DNA of 64,000 bases from an uncultured delta proteobacterium (GCA_963796685.1 CAWCMR010000011.1:192001-256000); one strand, 5' to 3'; counted from the stretch's first letter, positions 50,896-62,001 are shown. A program made the numbers and translations. Notes: generated by a model from the letters alone, not told the origin.

Positions 50896-52421
50896 CCTCG
50901 TCACGGCTCCAGGTCTCCGCCGAGACGATGAACCCAAGAGCATTCCTGGCCCGGGTGGGGCGGCAACCACAGGAGGCTGGCTACTCGCTGATCGAAGTCG
51001 TCGTTGCCCTCGGTCTGCTGGCGATCACGCTCTTGCCCTTGGCGAGCGTCTTCTATGGGGCAGAGGCAGCGAATTCGGCAAACCGCGAATACGGCGATGC
51101 CATCGCGATCGCTGACGGCCAGCTCGCCCAGGCTGGTGGCGTGACGTACGCGAACCTGGGCTTCTACGTATCCCAGTCACCGCCATCGGCGTACCGCGGG
51201 CAACCTACCGTCATCCTGGGGACGGCCCCACCGGCAGGGGAGTCCGCGCAGATCGCACTCACCAGCACTCCTCAGCAGGTCGGTTCAATTGTCTACACGG
51301 CGCAGAACTACGTGGTGTGGGCAGCCGGATCGGGCGGAGACAGCTGCGCCTACAAAGAAATCTACGCCGTGGTGTCGTGGAATGAAGCTGGGAAAACGGC
51401 GCAGGTCATCCAATCCACCCTCGTCTATCCAGGGGGACTCGGAAAGTACACCGGCTCGCAATGTGTGAATTTCGTCGTTTCCACGACGCAAGGCTCGACA
51501 ATGGCATCGGTGGCGTCGGGCGGCTTCCCCGGGGTTGTGGTGGGAATGGCCGTGTCGGGAACCAACGTCGCGGTCGGCACGACCGTGGTGTCGTTGTCGG
51601 GCAACACCCTGGTTCTCTCCCAGGCAGCCACCGGAACAGGCAGCCAGACCCTCACGTTTGGTGCCGGGACGTCGGGCTCCGATGTCACGCCCGACAATGT
51701 CTCGGGTCTGGCCGTGGCCGTGCCGGCTGATCCGGCGGGAGAAACCCAACTCAATCTCAGCTGGACCGCCCCGCTCGACACGCCGGGATACTTCGTCGCC
51801 GAGTGGGCGCCGGACCCCGGGGGCCAGGGGCATTTGGCGTTTCCCGATACGACCGGGACGTCTTCGGCGTGGGCGCCTACCGGATCATCGACGAGCGGTT
51901 CCATTCTCGCCACTGCCACGACGTTCACTGTGACCGGCCTGGCACCGAGCACCGCCTACTGGTTCGAGATCGTGTCCTTCTCGACGGGTGGAGATCAATG
52001 GGCCGTCTCTCAGACCTGGGTCACGGCCGCCACGCTTTCGCCCCCGCCGCAGCCGTGTGCGCTCAATACCTTGACCGTCAGCCAAGCCGGTCAGACTTCT
52101 GGTCAGGCCACCGTGGCGAAGAGCAGCGGTGACCTCATGCAGCCCATCACGATGACGGTGACGTACTCGGGCACCTGCACGGCCGGCGCGGACGCCGTGA
52201 CGGTGGCGGCCTCGTCGAGCGGGGCTGATCCCGGATCTCCGTACACCCTGTCGTGGGGAACGAACCAGTACACCTACAACCTGCCGACCGGATTGTGTCC
52301 CGTCGGGACGGGTTTTATCACCGGCACCCATACCTACACGGTCTCACACAACGGCGTGGTCACGAGCCTGACGGCGCAGGTGTCCTTTAGCCAGGACAAG
52401 AAGGGGACGCCGGCATGTTGA
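50892..52421 (+). CDS. PilV-like prepilin with fibronectin type III-like and other beta domains (cassette B)
   Basis: G|YSLIEVVVAL; LNLSWTAP...VTGLAPSTAYWFEI FN3 signature. Confidence 0.85.
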   Translation: MTSSRLQVSAETMNPRAFLARVGRQPQEAGYSLIEVVVALGLLAITLLPLASVFYGAEAANSANREYGDAIAIADGQLAQAGGVTYANLGFYVSQSPPSAYRGQPTVILGTAPPAGESAQIALTSTPQQVGSIVYTAQNYVVWAAGSGGDSCAYKEIYAVVSWNEAGKTAQVIQSTLVYPGGLGKYTGSQCVNFVVSTTQGSTMASVASGGFPGVVVGMAVSGTNVAVGTTVVSLSGNTLVLSQAATGTGSQTLTFGAGTSGSDVTPDNVSGLAVAVPADPAGETQLNLSWTAPLDTPGYFVAEWAPDPGGQGHLAFPDTTGTSSAWAPTGSSTSGSILATATTFTVTGLAPSTAYWFEIVSFSTGGDQWAVSQTWVTAATLSPPPQPCALNTLTVSQAGQTSGQATVAKSSGDLMQPITMTVTYSGTCTAGADAVTVAASSSGADPGSPYTLSWGTNQYTYNLPTGLCPVGTGFITGTHTYTVSHNGVVTSLTAQVSFSQDKKGTPAC

Positions 52422-53071
52422 TCGCCGCAGATCGCTCCCTTGGTCTCCGTGGCCGCCAGCCTCGCAGTGAAGAAGGAACGACACTGGTCGAGCTCCTGGT
52501 GGCGTCCGGGCTCTCTCTGGTGATCTTGACGTTGATGACGACAATGTTGACGGTGTACGCCAAGGCGGATACCGCAACGGTCAACAACGCCAACGCGGCC
52601 GCCAACGTCCGGCTCGCCCTGCTGGCCCTCCAGCACGACATCCAGTCAGCCAACCCACTGGCAACTCTGTCGACCGTGGCGACGTACAACGACGAACTCC
52701 AGCTCACCGTCCAACCGTCCGGGCAGCTGATCACCTGGCAGTACAGCTACACGACAGCGAACTGTCCCGGCACTTCTTCGACCTGGTGTGGGACCCTGAC
52801 ACGTCAGGCCGGCTCGAACACGCCCGTGACCGAGCTCACCGCCGTGACAAACGGCGACCCGTCGAACGGTGGTCTGCCGGTCTTCAGCTACTACGACCAT
52901 TGCGCGATCAACCAAGTGACTGAGCCCCAGGCCACGCCGGCCAGCGTCAGCGCCGCTACCACCGTTGTGCAGATCACCCTCTCCGTAGCGAATCTCAACT
53001 CGGCACCGTACGGGACCACCACCAGGGTGAACCTGATGAACCAACCCCCAGGAGCAAGCCGATGCGGCTGA
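52415..53071 (+). CDS. PilW-like prepilin (cassette B)
   Basis: G|TTLVELLVAS; LQHDIQSA. Confidence 0.82.
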   Translation: MLIAADRSLGLRGRQPRSEEGTTLVELLVASGLSLVILTLMTTMLTVYAKADTATVNNANAAANVRLALLALQHDIQSANPLATLSTVATYNDELQLTVQPSGQLITWQYSYTTANCPGTSSTWCGTLTRQAGSNTPVTELTAVTNGDPSNGGLPVFSYYDHCAINQVTEPQATPASVSAATTVVQITLSVANLNSAPYGTTTRVNLMNQPPGASRCG

Positions 53072-54392
53072 ATACAGCGCTACGCCCATCCACTCGACAA
53101 CGAGGAGCCGGCGAGGGCGGCCAGACGCTTCCCATCGTCATGGCCGTCGTGCTGGTGGTCGTGCTCCTGAGCGTGGCATTGTTCACGCGGGTCAGTGGCG
53201 ACTTCAGCAATACCAATCTCGAGACCAAGATCCAGCAAGCCCGCTCGTTGGCGCAATCGGGAGTTGCCGACGCACTGTTCCAGATCGACCAGCAGGGAGC
53301 ATCTCCATCTTCGTTCTGCAACGAGCCGAACAGCGGCGGCAAATGCACGCTGAGCAGCGTCCCCAACGCTCCTGGAACCGTGTACACGGCCCGGTACAAC
53401 CCCACAAGCGGTGCATACACGGTGCTGTCCCAAGGGACGGTCCGCAATATCTCCTATGCCGTGCAGACCACGGTGAAACAGACTCCGATCTTGACCAATG
53501 CCGTCTACGGGGGAGCCTTCGTGACCTTCGACGGTAAATCGAGCACGAGCGTGACCGTGACCGATCCCTACGGGAACGCGATACCTGGTGCCACCGCCGC
53601 CATCGCAGTGGGCCCTGGAGGGACCCTGACATGCAACGGCCCCGCTGATCCCAACGCCACATACGTCAACTATGGCGGGTCGATCTCGAAGTGCACCCCG
53701 TATCAGAACCTGGGTCCCATCTACGCTCCGCAACAGCCGACGCAAACGTGCCCTGCCCCGGCCAACCCATATGGTGCGCCGCCGACGCCTTGTCTGCCAG
53801 CAACGGCCTCGGCGTGCACGAGCATGAGTCCGGCTGTCACTGGCTCCGACGCGGCTGGCTACACGGTCACCGGCCCGGCCACCCTCGAGCCGGGCGTCTA
53901 CGTCTGTCGAGGTGGCCTCACGATGACCGGAACCGTCAACATCGACTATGCGCAGAGTCCGCAACAGAACAGCGGCAGGGTCGAGATCTACGTATTCCCC
54001 CCGTGGGTTCCACGACGTCTCCGAACGTCAATTTCGCAGGCTCGACGGTGAACGCCTGCGAGCCTCCTCTCGGGACCGGTACGGGCACGTGCAAGGGGGG
54101 ATTGGTTGGCGATCCGACAGACCTCGAGATCTACGCCTGGGGTAGTGGTACCGCCGGATTGGGTGCGTCCCAAGTCAACGCCGTCTTCTGGGGCCCGGGC
54201 ATGAACCTCACACTCAACGGCTCATCCAACAACCTGACGTGGACCGGCGGTCTCATCCTCGGCGGCATCACCGCCAACGGGCATCCGAGCTTCGCTCTCA
54301 ACTTCGACCAGCGACTTCAGAGTGAGTACCAGCAGTCCAGCTGGCAAATCTCCAACTTCCTCGAGATCAGTCCCGGATTCTCCATTCCATGA
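53062..54392 (+). CDS. PilX-like minor pilin / tip adhesin (cassette B), frameshift near 54000
   Basis: G|QTLPIVMAVV without Glu5; ARSLAQSGVADAL; LEPGVYVC; second frame continues to the stop at 54392. Confidence 0.75.
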
Positions 54393-54610
54393 CCTCAGTG
54401 ACTCAGACCCGTCCGGAGACCATCGCAAGGGGTCGCTCCGGGCATTACTGAAATCCAGATATCAATCACACGGCTCGACGCTGACATCCAAGCATCCCCA
54501 TGTCGATAAGAGGTCCTCGATCTCCGCACCAGGCGCACCAAAGTTGAAGCGGAGCTCCGTGCAATGCGGTGGTCGCTCTCCTGTCGTGAACTCCCGGTTA
54601 GCATTGTCGG

Positions 54611-55507
54611 ATGCAAGCACCCGCGGGCGCGCCCGAGTGGCTGGAGGTCATGACCGCGGCCGAACGACCCGACCTCTGGGAGCAGACCCTCGCCGACAAC
54701 CTGTTTCGCGCCGTCTGGCCCGAGTACAACCTTCACGGGAGCGACACGTGGAAGTACTTCCCGGCCACCTTCCCGGCCCACGCGGCGTTGCAGGTCCTGT
54801 TCGTCGACAAGCGCACCGAGCGCATCATCTGCCGGGGGCGGACCATCGGCATTCGCTGGGACGGGAGCCTTCGCTCCCTGCCTCACGGCATCGACGACGC
54901 TGGTCTGCGTGCCCTCAACGAGTCCCGCCCGCCCACGGCCGTCTGCGCCCTTGCCGCCGAGGTCGACGACGAGTACCAGCGTTTTGGCCTGAGCGAGCTG
55001 CTCTTGCGGGCCATGGCCATGGCCACCGTGGCGACTGGGCTCTCCCGGCTCGTCGTACCGGCGCGCCCGTCGATGAAAGAGCGCTACCCGCTCATGCCCA
55101 TCGGTCGCTACGCCGCTTGGCGCCGCGACGACGGGCTGCCCTTCGACCCGTGGTTGCGGGTGCACGTCCGGCTCGGGGCGCGCATCTTGCGACCCGAGCC
55201 GCGGTCGCTGCGTATTGACGCCACCGTGGAGAATTGGGAGCGCTGGACGGACATGTCGTTCCCGGTGAACGGTACGTACGTGTTCCCCCGCTGCCTGGCG
55301 CCGCTCACCGTTCGCGGCGGCCGAGGGAGATATTGGGAACCCAATGTGTGGGTGGAGCACGACACGAGCACGGTAGAGGTGCCACCGCGCGTGGCGCTGC
55401 CCGACGCGATCGGAGGTGGCGGCGCCAGCGGGCCGCTGGGCCTCCAGGTGCGCCAGGTGCGGGGGCAGCTCGGGCGGCTCACGCGCCGCCTGGGCCTGCG
55501 TCGCTGA
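54611..55507 (+). CDS. GNAT-like conserved protein
   Basis: YQRFGLS acetyl-CoA loop; PARPSMKERYP; DGLPFDPWLRVHVRLG; YWEPNVW. Confidence 0.78.
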   Translation: MQAPAGAPEWLEVMTAAERPDLWEQTLADNLFRAVWPEYNLHGSDTWKYFPATFPAHAALQVLFVDKRTERIICRGRTIGIRWDGSLRSLPHGIDDAGLRALNESRPPTAVCALAAEVDDEYQRFGLSELLLRAMAMATVATGLSRLVVPARPSMKERYPLMPIGRYAAWRRDDGLPFDPWLRVHVRLGARILRPEPRSLRIDATVENWERWTDMSFPVNGTYVFPRCLAPLTVRGGRGRYWEPNVWVEHDTSTVEVPPRVALPDAIGGGGASGPLGLQVRQVRGQLGRLTRRLGLRR

Positions 55508-55757
55508 CGGGGCGCAGGCCGGAACGCACCGGGGGAGCGGACAATTGGGGGGTTGTGAGCCCGGCACGGCCCGATCGGGCGTCCAACCTCCGGGTCGAGC
55601 GCCGTGCCTGGTTTCGGGTGGTGCCGCCGGCTGAGGCGGGGTCGGATGAGGTTTGTGAATGCGTTGACGACCCTGTGAGGTATCGTGCCCACTCTGTGTA
55701 GGGTGTAGAACCTCGCTGTCCAGCTCAGATTCACAGCAGGTCTGACGTGCGCCGCAA

Positions 55758-56567
55758 TCAGCCCGCTCGGGCCACGATGATGTCCTGGCGGGCACCCATC
55801 GTGCCGACGCGTCCCGACCACCTCCCATCGTGAACAGCGGTCACTTCCATGCGAGCGTCAGCCAGCATCCGCGGAGCCGTCGAAAGCGAGATCCCAATTG
55901 CTTGTCGATCGTCGCCCGGCCTTGCCGTCCAGTACCCGTCGCGTCGAACAAATTCCCGGTCTGGTTTCGGATCGGTTTCGTCCTCGCGGATCAAGAACCA
56001 GGTGCTGTACAAGCGACCACCCGGAACGAGCACTCGGTGCGACTCTCGTATGTAGTTGCGGATCTCGGCGGGATAGAGGTGCGTGAAGACCGAGGTCGCG
56101 ATCACGAAGGAAAAGGATTGGTCCTCGTACGGGAACCGGAAGTTCTCTGATGACGAGGAACCGCCGGGGTTGTACATGTCGGTCTCGAGGTCGACGTGTT
56201 GGAAGTGAAACGATGGCCTACGCCGACTGATCTTCTTTTGTGCCCAAGCGATCATCTCGGCGTCCACGTCGAATCCGTCGTATCGCGGCCGACTCATCGA
56301 GGTACTCCAGCAGCGGGATGGCTATGCGACCGACGCCGCAGCCGATGTCGAGCACACGCTCGTTGGGCTTCAAACCACCCAATTCGATGAATCGATGACG
56401 GCTCTCGACTCCGACCCTGGGGAAGCTGCCGCCAACGTGCATTCGCATGTGACGGGGAGGCAACAGCGGGTTCCGCAGCCTGGCCACGGCATCAGCAGCC
56501 GAATGTCGGGCAGAACTGGCCCAAAGACCGACGGCCACCTTGATCGACCTGCTCGGCGGACTTCCAC
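55758..56567 (-). CDS. Class I SAM-dependent methyltransferase, frameshift near 56290; start uncertain
   Basis: VLDIGCGVGRIA; YDGFDV; FPYED; SVFTHL; HRVLVPGG. Confidence 0.82.
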
Positions 56568-56912
56568 TCACCACTCGACCTCGTGCGCTGGATTGACCAT
56601 CAATGCCCGTCGGCGGCAGCGCTCGCCGAAGCAGGAACGGCCATTCTGCCATGCCGCCGCCTGCAACAGCCGGGGCGGCGGTCGCGATCGGCGTCGCCTC
56701 ACCGTGCTCACCATGGTCGGGCTGACCGAGGAATGCGTCCAGACCGACCCGCTATGAACGACCGCAGGTCGGTCGACTCGGAAACGGAGGCAGCGCTGCT
56801 TGCCTGCCACGTCGTGGTCCGTATGGCTTCGAGATCGTCGATCCATCCCCCCTTCGCCCCGGGAGCTCGTCGATCCCAGGCGAGGGTCTTCCGTACTCGA
56901 CGGAATCCGGCC

Positions 56913-57890
56913 TCAGACCGTGATGACGACTTTGCCTCGAGCATGACCTCCTTGGAAGTACCGGAGGGCCGAGGCGGCATCGCTCAGCAGGAACGTCCGG
57001 TCAATGGCCGGTGTGACCTTCCCTGCTTGGAGGAGTTCCCGGAGCACCGCCAAGTCGGCCGAGTTCTCCTTCGCGCCCAGAATGCCCAGCTTCTGGCTCA
57101 CCAGCGGAGAAAGCACGATCCCCCGCAGTTGGCGGTCGAAGCCACCGAGCCACCGTCCGTCGGTCTCGCCCCCGACGATGACGAGTCTGCCTTGCCGAGT
57201 GAGGGCTCGGCGGAGGTGTGACAACCCGCTGTTGCCCGCAATGTCGAGGATCGTGTCGTAGTGGTGCTCGCCGTCGGCGAAGTCGTCGCCTGTGTAGTCG
57301 ACGACCCGATCGGCACCGAGGGCCCGGACCAGGTCCATCTTGGCCGAACTGCACACGCCGGTGACCTCGGCACCGAAGGCCTTGGCGATCTGGATGGCGA
57401 AAGTCCCTACCCCTCCCGAGGCGCCGATGATCAGCACCTTCTCCCCAGCCCGCACCTTGGCGCGGTCACGGAGGCCCTGCAACGCGGTGACGGCGGACAC
57501 GGGGACCGCCGCCGCCTGCTCGAAGGAGAGGTTGGCTGGCTTGAGAGCGAGGAGTCCCGCTCGAGCGCGGCCGTACTCGGCGAAGGAGCCGTCGCAGGTT
57601 CCGTAGACCTCGTCGCCCGGCTCGAATTCGGTCACGCTCGAGCCGACGGCCTCGACGGTGCCGGCCAACGACCGGCCCGGGTTGGGTGCCTTGGGTCGTC
57701 GGAACCCGTAGCCCATGATACGCATGAGCCTGGGCAGGCCCGTCATCAGATGCCAGGTGCCTCGATCCACACTGGCGGCCCGTACCCGCACGAGGACTTC
57801 GTGGTCGTCGATGGTGGGCCGGGCGATCTCCTCAAACCGCAGGACATCCTCCGGCACGGTGCCGTACGCGTCTTGGACGATCGCCTTCAT
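56913..57890 (-). CDS. NAD(P)-dependent MDR / quinone oxidoreductase-like protein
   Basis: [39 protein letters not shown]. Confidence 0.92.
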   Translation of the reverse strand: MKAIVQDAYGTVPEDVLRFEEIARPTIDDHEVLVRVRAASVDRGTWHLMTGLPRLMRIMGYGFRRPKAPNPGRSLAGTVEAVGSSVTEFEPGDEVYGTCDGSFAEYGRARAGLLALKPANLSFEQAAAVPVSAVTALQGLRDRAKVRAGEKVLIIGASGGVGTFAIQIAKAFGAEVTGVCSSAKMDLVRALGADRVVDYTGDDFADGEHHYDTILDIAGNSGLSHLRRALTRQGRLVIVGGETDGRWLGGFDRQLRGIVLSPLVSQKLGILGAKENSADLAVLRELLQAGKVTPAIDRTFLLSDAASALRYFQGGHARGKVVITV

Positions 57891-58714
57891 CGCCTCGGCG
57901 CCGGGGGTCTGGGCGTCGGCTCGATCGAGTCCTCGAACGTTGGGGTCTTCGTCGGTTCGTTCTTCGCTGTCATCGGGCTTGGTCCGATGGAGTCGTGGTG
58001 AGATCCCAGGGTGACGTGGCGTCCCCGGATCACGAGCCAGAGCGCGAACACGAACTCGCCGATGCCCGTGATCGCGGAGATGTCGGACGAGGAGCCTCGG
58101 ACGAGCGCTCGCATGACCGTGTCGAACACGTAGCCGAAGCCCGCGATGGCGAGCAGGACACCCAGCAGCCTCGGGACATACCCCGACCGGTAGGCGAGAA
58201 AAGCCAGGACGAAGAGGTTCAAGCCGAAGAGGACGAGGCCAGCGTCCCAGATATTGGTGAAGGTATTGATGTGCCGGAGCCCCTGCGCGGGGAGATGGAG
58301 CACCCCGGCGAGCTGGCTGAGGGCGGCGATGAAGACCCCGGCGTACGCGACCCGGAGCCACGCCGAGAGCTTCGTCAGAGCTTCGCTCACCGGCTTGAAC
58401 ACCCGATACAGCGACCATGCGACGACGACATCGAGCGCGGCCACGAGGTAGAGGCTCAGGGTTCCGAACCGGAACAGGCCCTCGTGGTCGGCAATCTTCG
58501 AGGCTGTCCGGGCGGCATTCCCGGGTACGACGAGCCCTTTCACGGCGAAGAGATACCCGAAGGCCGAGAGCAGGGACATGAGCAGAAGTCCGACGCCCGC
58601 AATGGTGCTGGCCTGGTGAATCGACCGGTTCGCATCCCGGGACGGGATCATCGTCTCGACGCCGACGGACCGGATCGCCAGCTCGGTGGGCCGGTTGAGC
58701 GTTGCTGTCTGCAT
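57887..58714 (-). CDS. DUF4386-family membrane protein
   Basis: [34 protein letters not shown]. Confidence 0.8.
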   Translation of the reverse strand: MQTATLNRPTELAIRSVGVETMIPSRDANRSIHQASTIAGVGLLLMSLLSAFGYLFAVKGLVVPGNAARTASKIADHEGLFRFGTLSLYLVAALDVVVAWSLYRVFKPVSEALTKLSAWLRVAYAGVFIAALSQLAGVLHLPAQGLRHINTFTNIWDAGLVLFGLNLFVLAFLAYRSGYVPRLLGVLLAIAGFGYVFDTVMRALVRGSSSDISAITGIGEFVFALWLVIRGRHVTLGSHHDSIGPSPMTAKNEPTKTPTFEDSIEPTPRPPAPRR

Positions 58715-58735
58715 GGTCTCTCCGATGGTCGTTGG

Positions 58736-58772
58736 CTTACGTTGTAAGGTCATGGTATGCTTACGTCGTAAG
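58736..58772. promoter_or_regulatory. Tandem TetR operator palindromes
   Basis: CTTAC-gtt-GTAAG (58736-58748) and CTTAC-gtc-GTAAG (58760-58772) between divergent genes. Confidence 0.8.
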
Positions 58773-58803
58773 GTTGTCAAGTCCGATCCAGGAGGCAGCG
58801 AAG

Positions 58804-59481
58804 ATGGCCCCGCCGTCGAAGTCCGACACGAAGCCCCGCAGGTCTCTGAGTAGGGATCGGGTGCTCCTCGGGGGGGTTGCTTTCGCCGACGAGCACGGGA
58901 TCGCATTGCTCAGCATGCGCAAGCTCGGCGAAGCCCTCGGGGTCGAGGCGATGTCGCTCTACAACTACGTGGCCAACAAGGACGAGCTTCTCGACGGCAT
59001 GGTCGACCTGGTCTTCGCCCAGATCGACCTGCCCACGAGCGGAGGCGACTGGAAGCCGGCGATGCGTGAGCGGGCGCAGTCCGCCCGCCAGGCGCTGCGA
59101 CGCCACCCCTGGGCGATCGCTTTGATGTCGACCCGGACCTCACCGGGCCCGGCCACGCTCCGACACCACAACGCCGTCATCGGGAGCCTCCGGGCGGCGG
59201 GCTTTTCGGTGGCGATGACCGCACACGCGTTCTCCGCCCTCGACAGCTACATCTACGGTTTCGCGTTGCAAGAGGCCACGTTGCCCTTGGGCGAAACCGA
59301 GGAGGAGACGGTCGAGGTGGCGCAGGCGATGATGGCGCAGGTCCCCGCCGACGAGTATCCCCACCTCACCGAGTTCACCACCGAGCACGTCCTCCAGCCC
59401 GGCTACGACTACGCCAAGGAGTTCGAGTTCGGGCTCGACCTGATCCTCGACGGCCTGGACAAGACCCGCGACACGATCTGA
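58804..59481 (+). CDS. TetR family regulator (TetR_C-type)
   Basis: [28 protein letters not shown]; [12 protein letters not shown]. Confidence 0.94.
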   Translation: MAPPSKSDTKPRRSLSRDRVLLGGVAFADEHGIALLSMRKLGEALGVEAMSLYNYVANKDELLDGMVDLVFAQIDLPTSGGDWKPAMRERAQSARQALRRHPWAIALMSTRTSPGPATLRHHNAVIGSLRAAGFSVAMTAHAFSALDSYIYGFALQEATLPLGETEEETVEVAQAMMAQVPADEYPHLTEFTTEHVLQPGYDYAKEFEFGLDLILDGLDKTRDTI

Positions 59482-59516
59482 ACGGTGCGTCACGGCGACG
59501 AGCACACTCCCTACCG

Positions 59517-60050
59517 TTGTGTGATGTTGCCACGGGGCGGTCCGCTTTTGGCGAGGCACGCGGTGGCCAGAGAGGTAACAATCGACCTGTGGATCGGGGA
59601 GACAAGAAGAGGGCGCTGTATCCAGGAGGCCGGCCGACCCAGGAGGCAAAGGCGATCCACCGGCGTTTCATCGCCGGGCCTCTTCCTCGCATTCTTCCCA
59701 TCGCGTCGGTGCTGGAGGTCCGTGGGCAGAAGAGCGGACAGGCCATCCGAATCCCTCTGGTGATTGTCCGCTATCGGGGTTCGTGGTATCTGGTCTCAAT
59801 GTTCGGAGAACAGTCGAACTGGGTGAAGAACGTTCGCGCCGCAGACGGCGAAGCCGTGTTGACCCATGGGAGACGCCGACCGGTGCGACTCTTCGACGTT
59901 CCGGTGTGTGATCGGGCGCCCATCATAAGGCGCTATCTGTTGTTCGCGGCGGGAGCGAGACCCCACATGCAAGTCGGGTGGAGGGCACCGTTGTCGGCGT
60001 TCAAGGCCGTGGCGGCGAACTACCCCGTTTTCCGAGTGGGACCTGGGTGA
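59517..60050 (+). CDS. Deazaflavin (F420)-dependent nitroreductase-like protein; start uncertain
   Basis: LEVRGQKSGQ...PL, YLVSMFGEQSNWVKNVRA, YPVFRV. Confidence 0.75.
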   Translation: MCDVATGRSAFGEARGGQRGNNRPVDRGDKKRALYPGGRPTQEAKAIHRRFIAGPLPRILPIASVLEVRGQKSGQAIRIPLVIVRYRGSWYLVSMFGEQSNWVKNVRAADGEAVLTHGRRRPVRLFDVPVCDRAPIIRRYLLFAAGARPHMQVGWRAPLSAFKAVAANYPVFRVGPG

Positions 60051-60151
60051 CGACCCGCTCGCACCCGTGCCGTGTCGCGCCAACATCCCCGGCCCATGTC
60101 ATCGGCCAGGAACAACGCGGGTCTCGGGTGCAAGCCGCTCACCCGGTGTCT

Positions 60152-60625
60152 ATGGTGAACTCGACCATGACCATGAAGCTCGAGATCTCCCGTGACATCG
60201 CCGTTTCGCCCGCGGTGGCCTATGCCGCCATCTCGGACGTCACACGGATGGGTGAATGGTCCGAGGAATGCTATGCATGCGAATGGCACGACGGCTATGA
60301 CGGCCCGGTCGTCGGAGCGACCTTCGACGGGCACAACCGCCATGGTGAGCACGAGTGGACCACGCAGGGAAGGGTCATCGAGGCCGACCCCGGGTGGGGG
60401 TTCGCCTTCGAGTGCTCAATGATGGATATCCATTACTCGACCTGGGGGTACCGCATCGAGCCCACTGCGTCGGGATGCCGGGTGACCGAGTGGAACGAGG
60501 ACTTGCGGCCCGAGTCCGCCATGGAGTTCAGCAGGAAGGTCTCTGGTGTGGACGACCGCACGGAGCGGAATCGTCGGACCATGAACGGCACCCTCGAGCG
60601 CCTCGCCGTCGCCCTTGAGAACTGA
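60152..60625 (+). CDS. SRPBCC (polyketide cyclase-like) protein
   Basis: SDVTRMGEWSEEC, GATFDGHN, W-T-T, TLERL. Confidence 0.88.
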   Translation: MVNSTMTMKLEISRDIAVSPAVAYAAISDVTRMGEWSEECYACEWHDGYDGPVVGATFDGHNRHGEHEWTTQGRVIEADPGWGFAFECSMMDIHYSTWGYRIEPTASGCRVTEWNEDLRPESAMEFSRKVSGVDDRTERNRRTMNGTLERLAVALEN

Positions 60626-60687
60626 TCGACTGCCTCTGTGCGGCCCAATGATGGGCACGGCCCGCTATGTGGCGGTTGACACTTGCA

Positions 60688-61791
60688 TCAGGGCCTATAC
60701 ACGAATCCCGGGAATATGGTGTACGCAACGAGCACCAGCACCATGGCCGCCGCACTAGATGCAACAAGCACTTGAAAGCGCTTGGCGGTGAGGACGATCG
60801 CGGCCCCGGCAACGAGCGGAAACGCGCTCAGGAGAAGGCGAGGTGTGAGCCACAATGCCGAGTCGAACATGACCGAGGCGAAGAACGGGAGGGTGAAGGC
60901 CCACCAGGTACCCGGAACGCGGGCTCGATGCATCAACCACAGGCCACCGAAGGCCACCGCCACAGACAAGGTCTCGACGGCTGTGACTCCTGACCAGGTC
61001 GTGAACCACTGCCATGGAGCGAGAAGATCGAAATGATGGCCCCACCCGCTCCGTTCGGCATCGAACCAGGCGAAGGGCGTTCCCACATGGGCCCAGAGGT
61101 AGAGGCAATACGAGATGAATCCCGACGAAGCGAGGGCCGGGGCGATCCACGCATGGCGCTCCCTGGCTCGCCACGCTCCCCATCCAGCGGCAACGACGAT
61201 GGGAAGCGCGAGAGGAGCCGTAGCCGTAGCCAGTGCACCGATCAAGCCAGCGGCAAGCCACCGGCGCCGGTCGACCATGATCAGCGCAACAGCACAGAGC
61301 GAGATCGCCAGGCCTTCTGCATAGGCGGGACTGAGAAACGCTGCGCCGGGGGCCAGCGCGACGAGCCAGCCGGCGCGTACGCCCGTCTGCGTGCCGGCCC
61401 TGTCACGTGCCAACGCACCGACGGCCAGGCATGCGAAGGCCCCCGTCAGCAGTGAGACCGTGGCCCCACCCATGGACCAATTGTTGCCAAATAGTGGTGC
61501 AGTGGCCCGGACCAGGAGTGGGTAGAGCGGAAAGTAGGCAATGAGCGACGAGCCATGGTCCGTCACCACCGTCGGATAGCCGTGGGCGGCGATCCTCAGG
61601 TAGTAGGTACCGTCCCATATGCCGGTGAGACGGATGATGGTTCGATGCGGGCCGTATATGTCGAGCAGGACTCCGAACACGACCAGCCGACTCACCAGAT
61701 AGACGGCAAGAATCGGGGCGATGAAGGTGGGTCGGGTCGCGTGCGCCTGACTCGCACCAGGCAGGGCGTCGACTACCAGCCGATCTTGCAC
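60688..61791 (-). CDS. GT-C membrane mannosyltransferase (PIG-V-like)
   Basis: WDGTYYLRIAAHGY, AYFPLYP, AYAE, RLLLSAFPL; many TMs. Confidence 0.85.
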   Translation of the reverse strand: MQDRLVVDALPGASQAHATRPTFIAPILAVYLVSRLVVFGVLLDIYGPHRTIIRLTGIWDGTYYLRIAAHGYPTVVTDHGSSLIAYFPLYPLLVRATAPLFGNNWSMGGATVSLLTGAFACLAVGALARDRAGTQTGVRAGWLVALAPGAAFLSPAYAEGLAISLCAVALIMVDRRRWLAAGLIGALATATAPLALPIVVAAGWGAWRARERHAWIAPALASSGFISYCLYLWAHVGTPFAWFDAERSGWGHHFDLLAPWQWFTTWSGVTAVETLSVAVAFGGLWLMHRARVPGTWWAFTLPFFASVMFDSALWLTPRLLLSAFPLVAGAAIVLTAKRFQVLVASSAAAMVLVLVAYTIFPGFVYRP

Positions 61792-62001
61792 CGCAACCCC
61801 CTCGGTTCCATCTTGGCCTACTTGCCCAGAGTGAGAAATGGGTCCTGGGACCCATAAGACGGCCTACCTTCCCGATCCCCATCAGCGCTGATCGTTTCAG
61901 GGCAGGTCGAGGCGCCCTTCAGGTCGCTCGGGTCCTGACCTCGCTGGGATCGCCCGCCCGGGACACGCAAACCTCGGGGAGGGGCCTGTCGGTGGCGACC
62001 A

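Noticed and set aside
54481-54510. GTCGATAA sigma28-like -10
   Set aside because: No acceptable -35 at the correct spacing
55510-55750. Possible ncRNA between convergent genes
   Set aside because: No recognisable structure or consensus
61800-61990. Possible riboswitch upstream of the mannosyltransferase (palindrome atgggtcc-tg-ggacccat)
   Set aside because: Could not match c-di-AMP, c-di-GMP or SAM riboswitch consensus by eye
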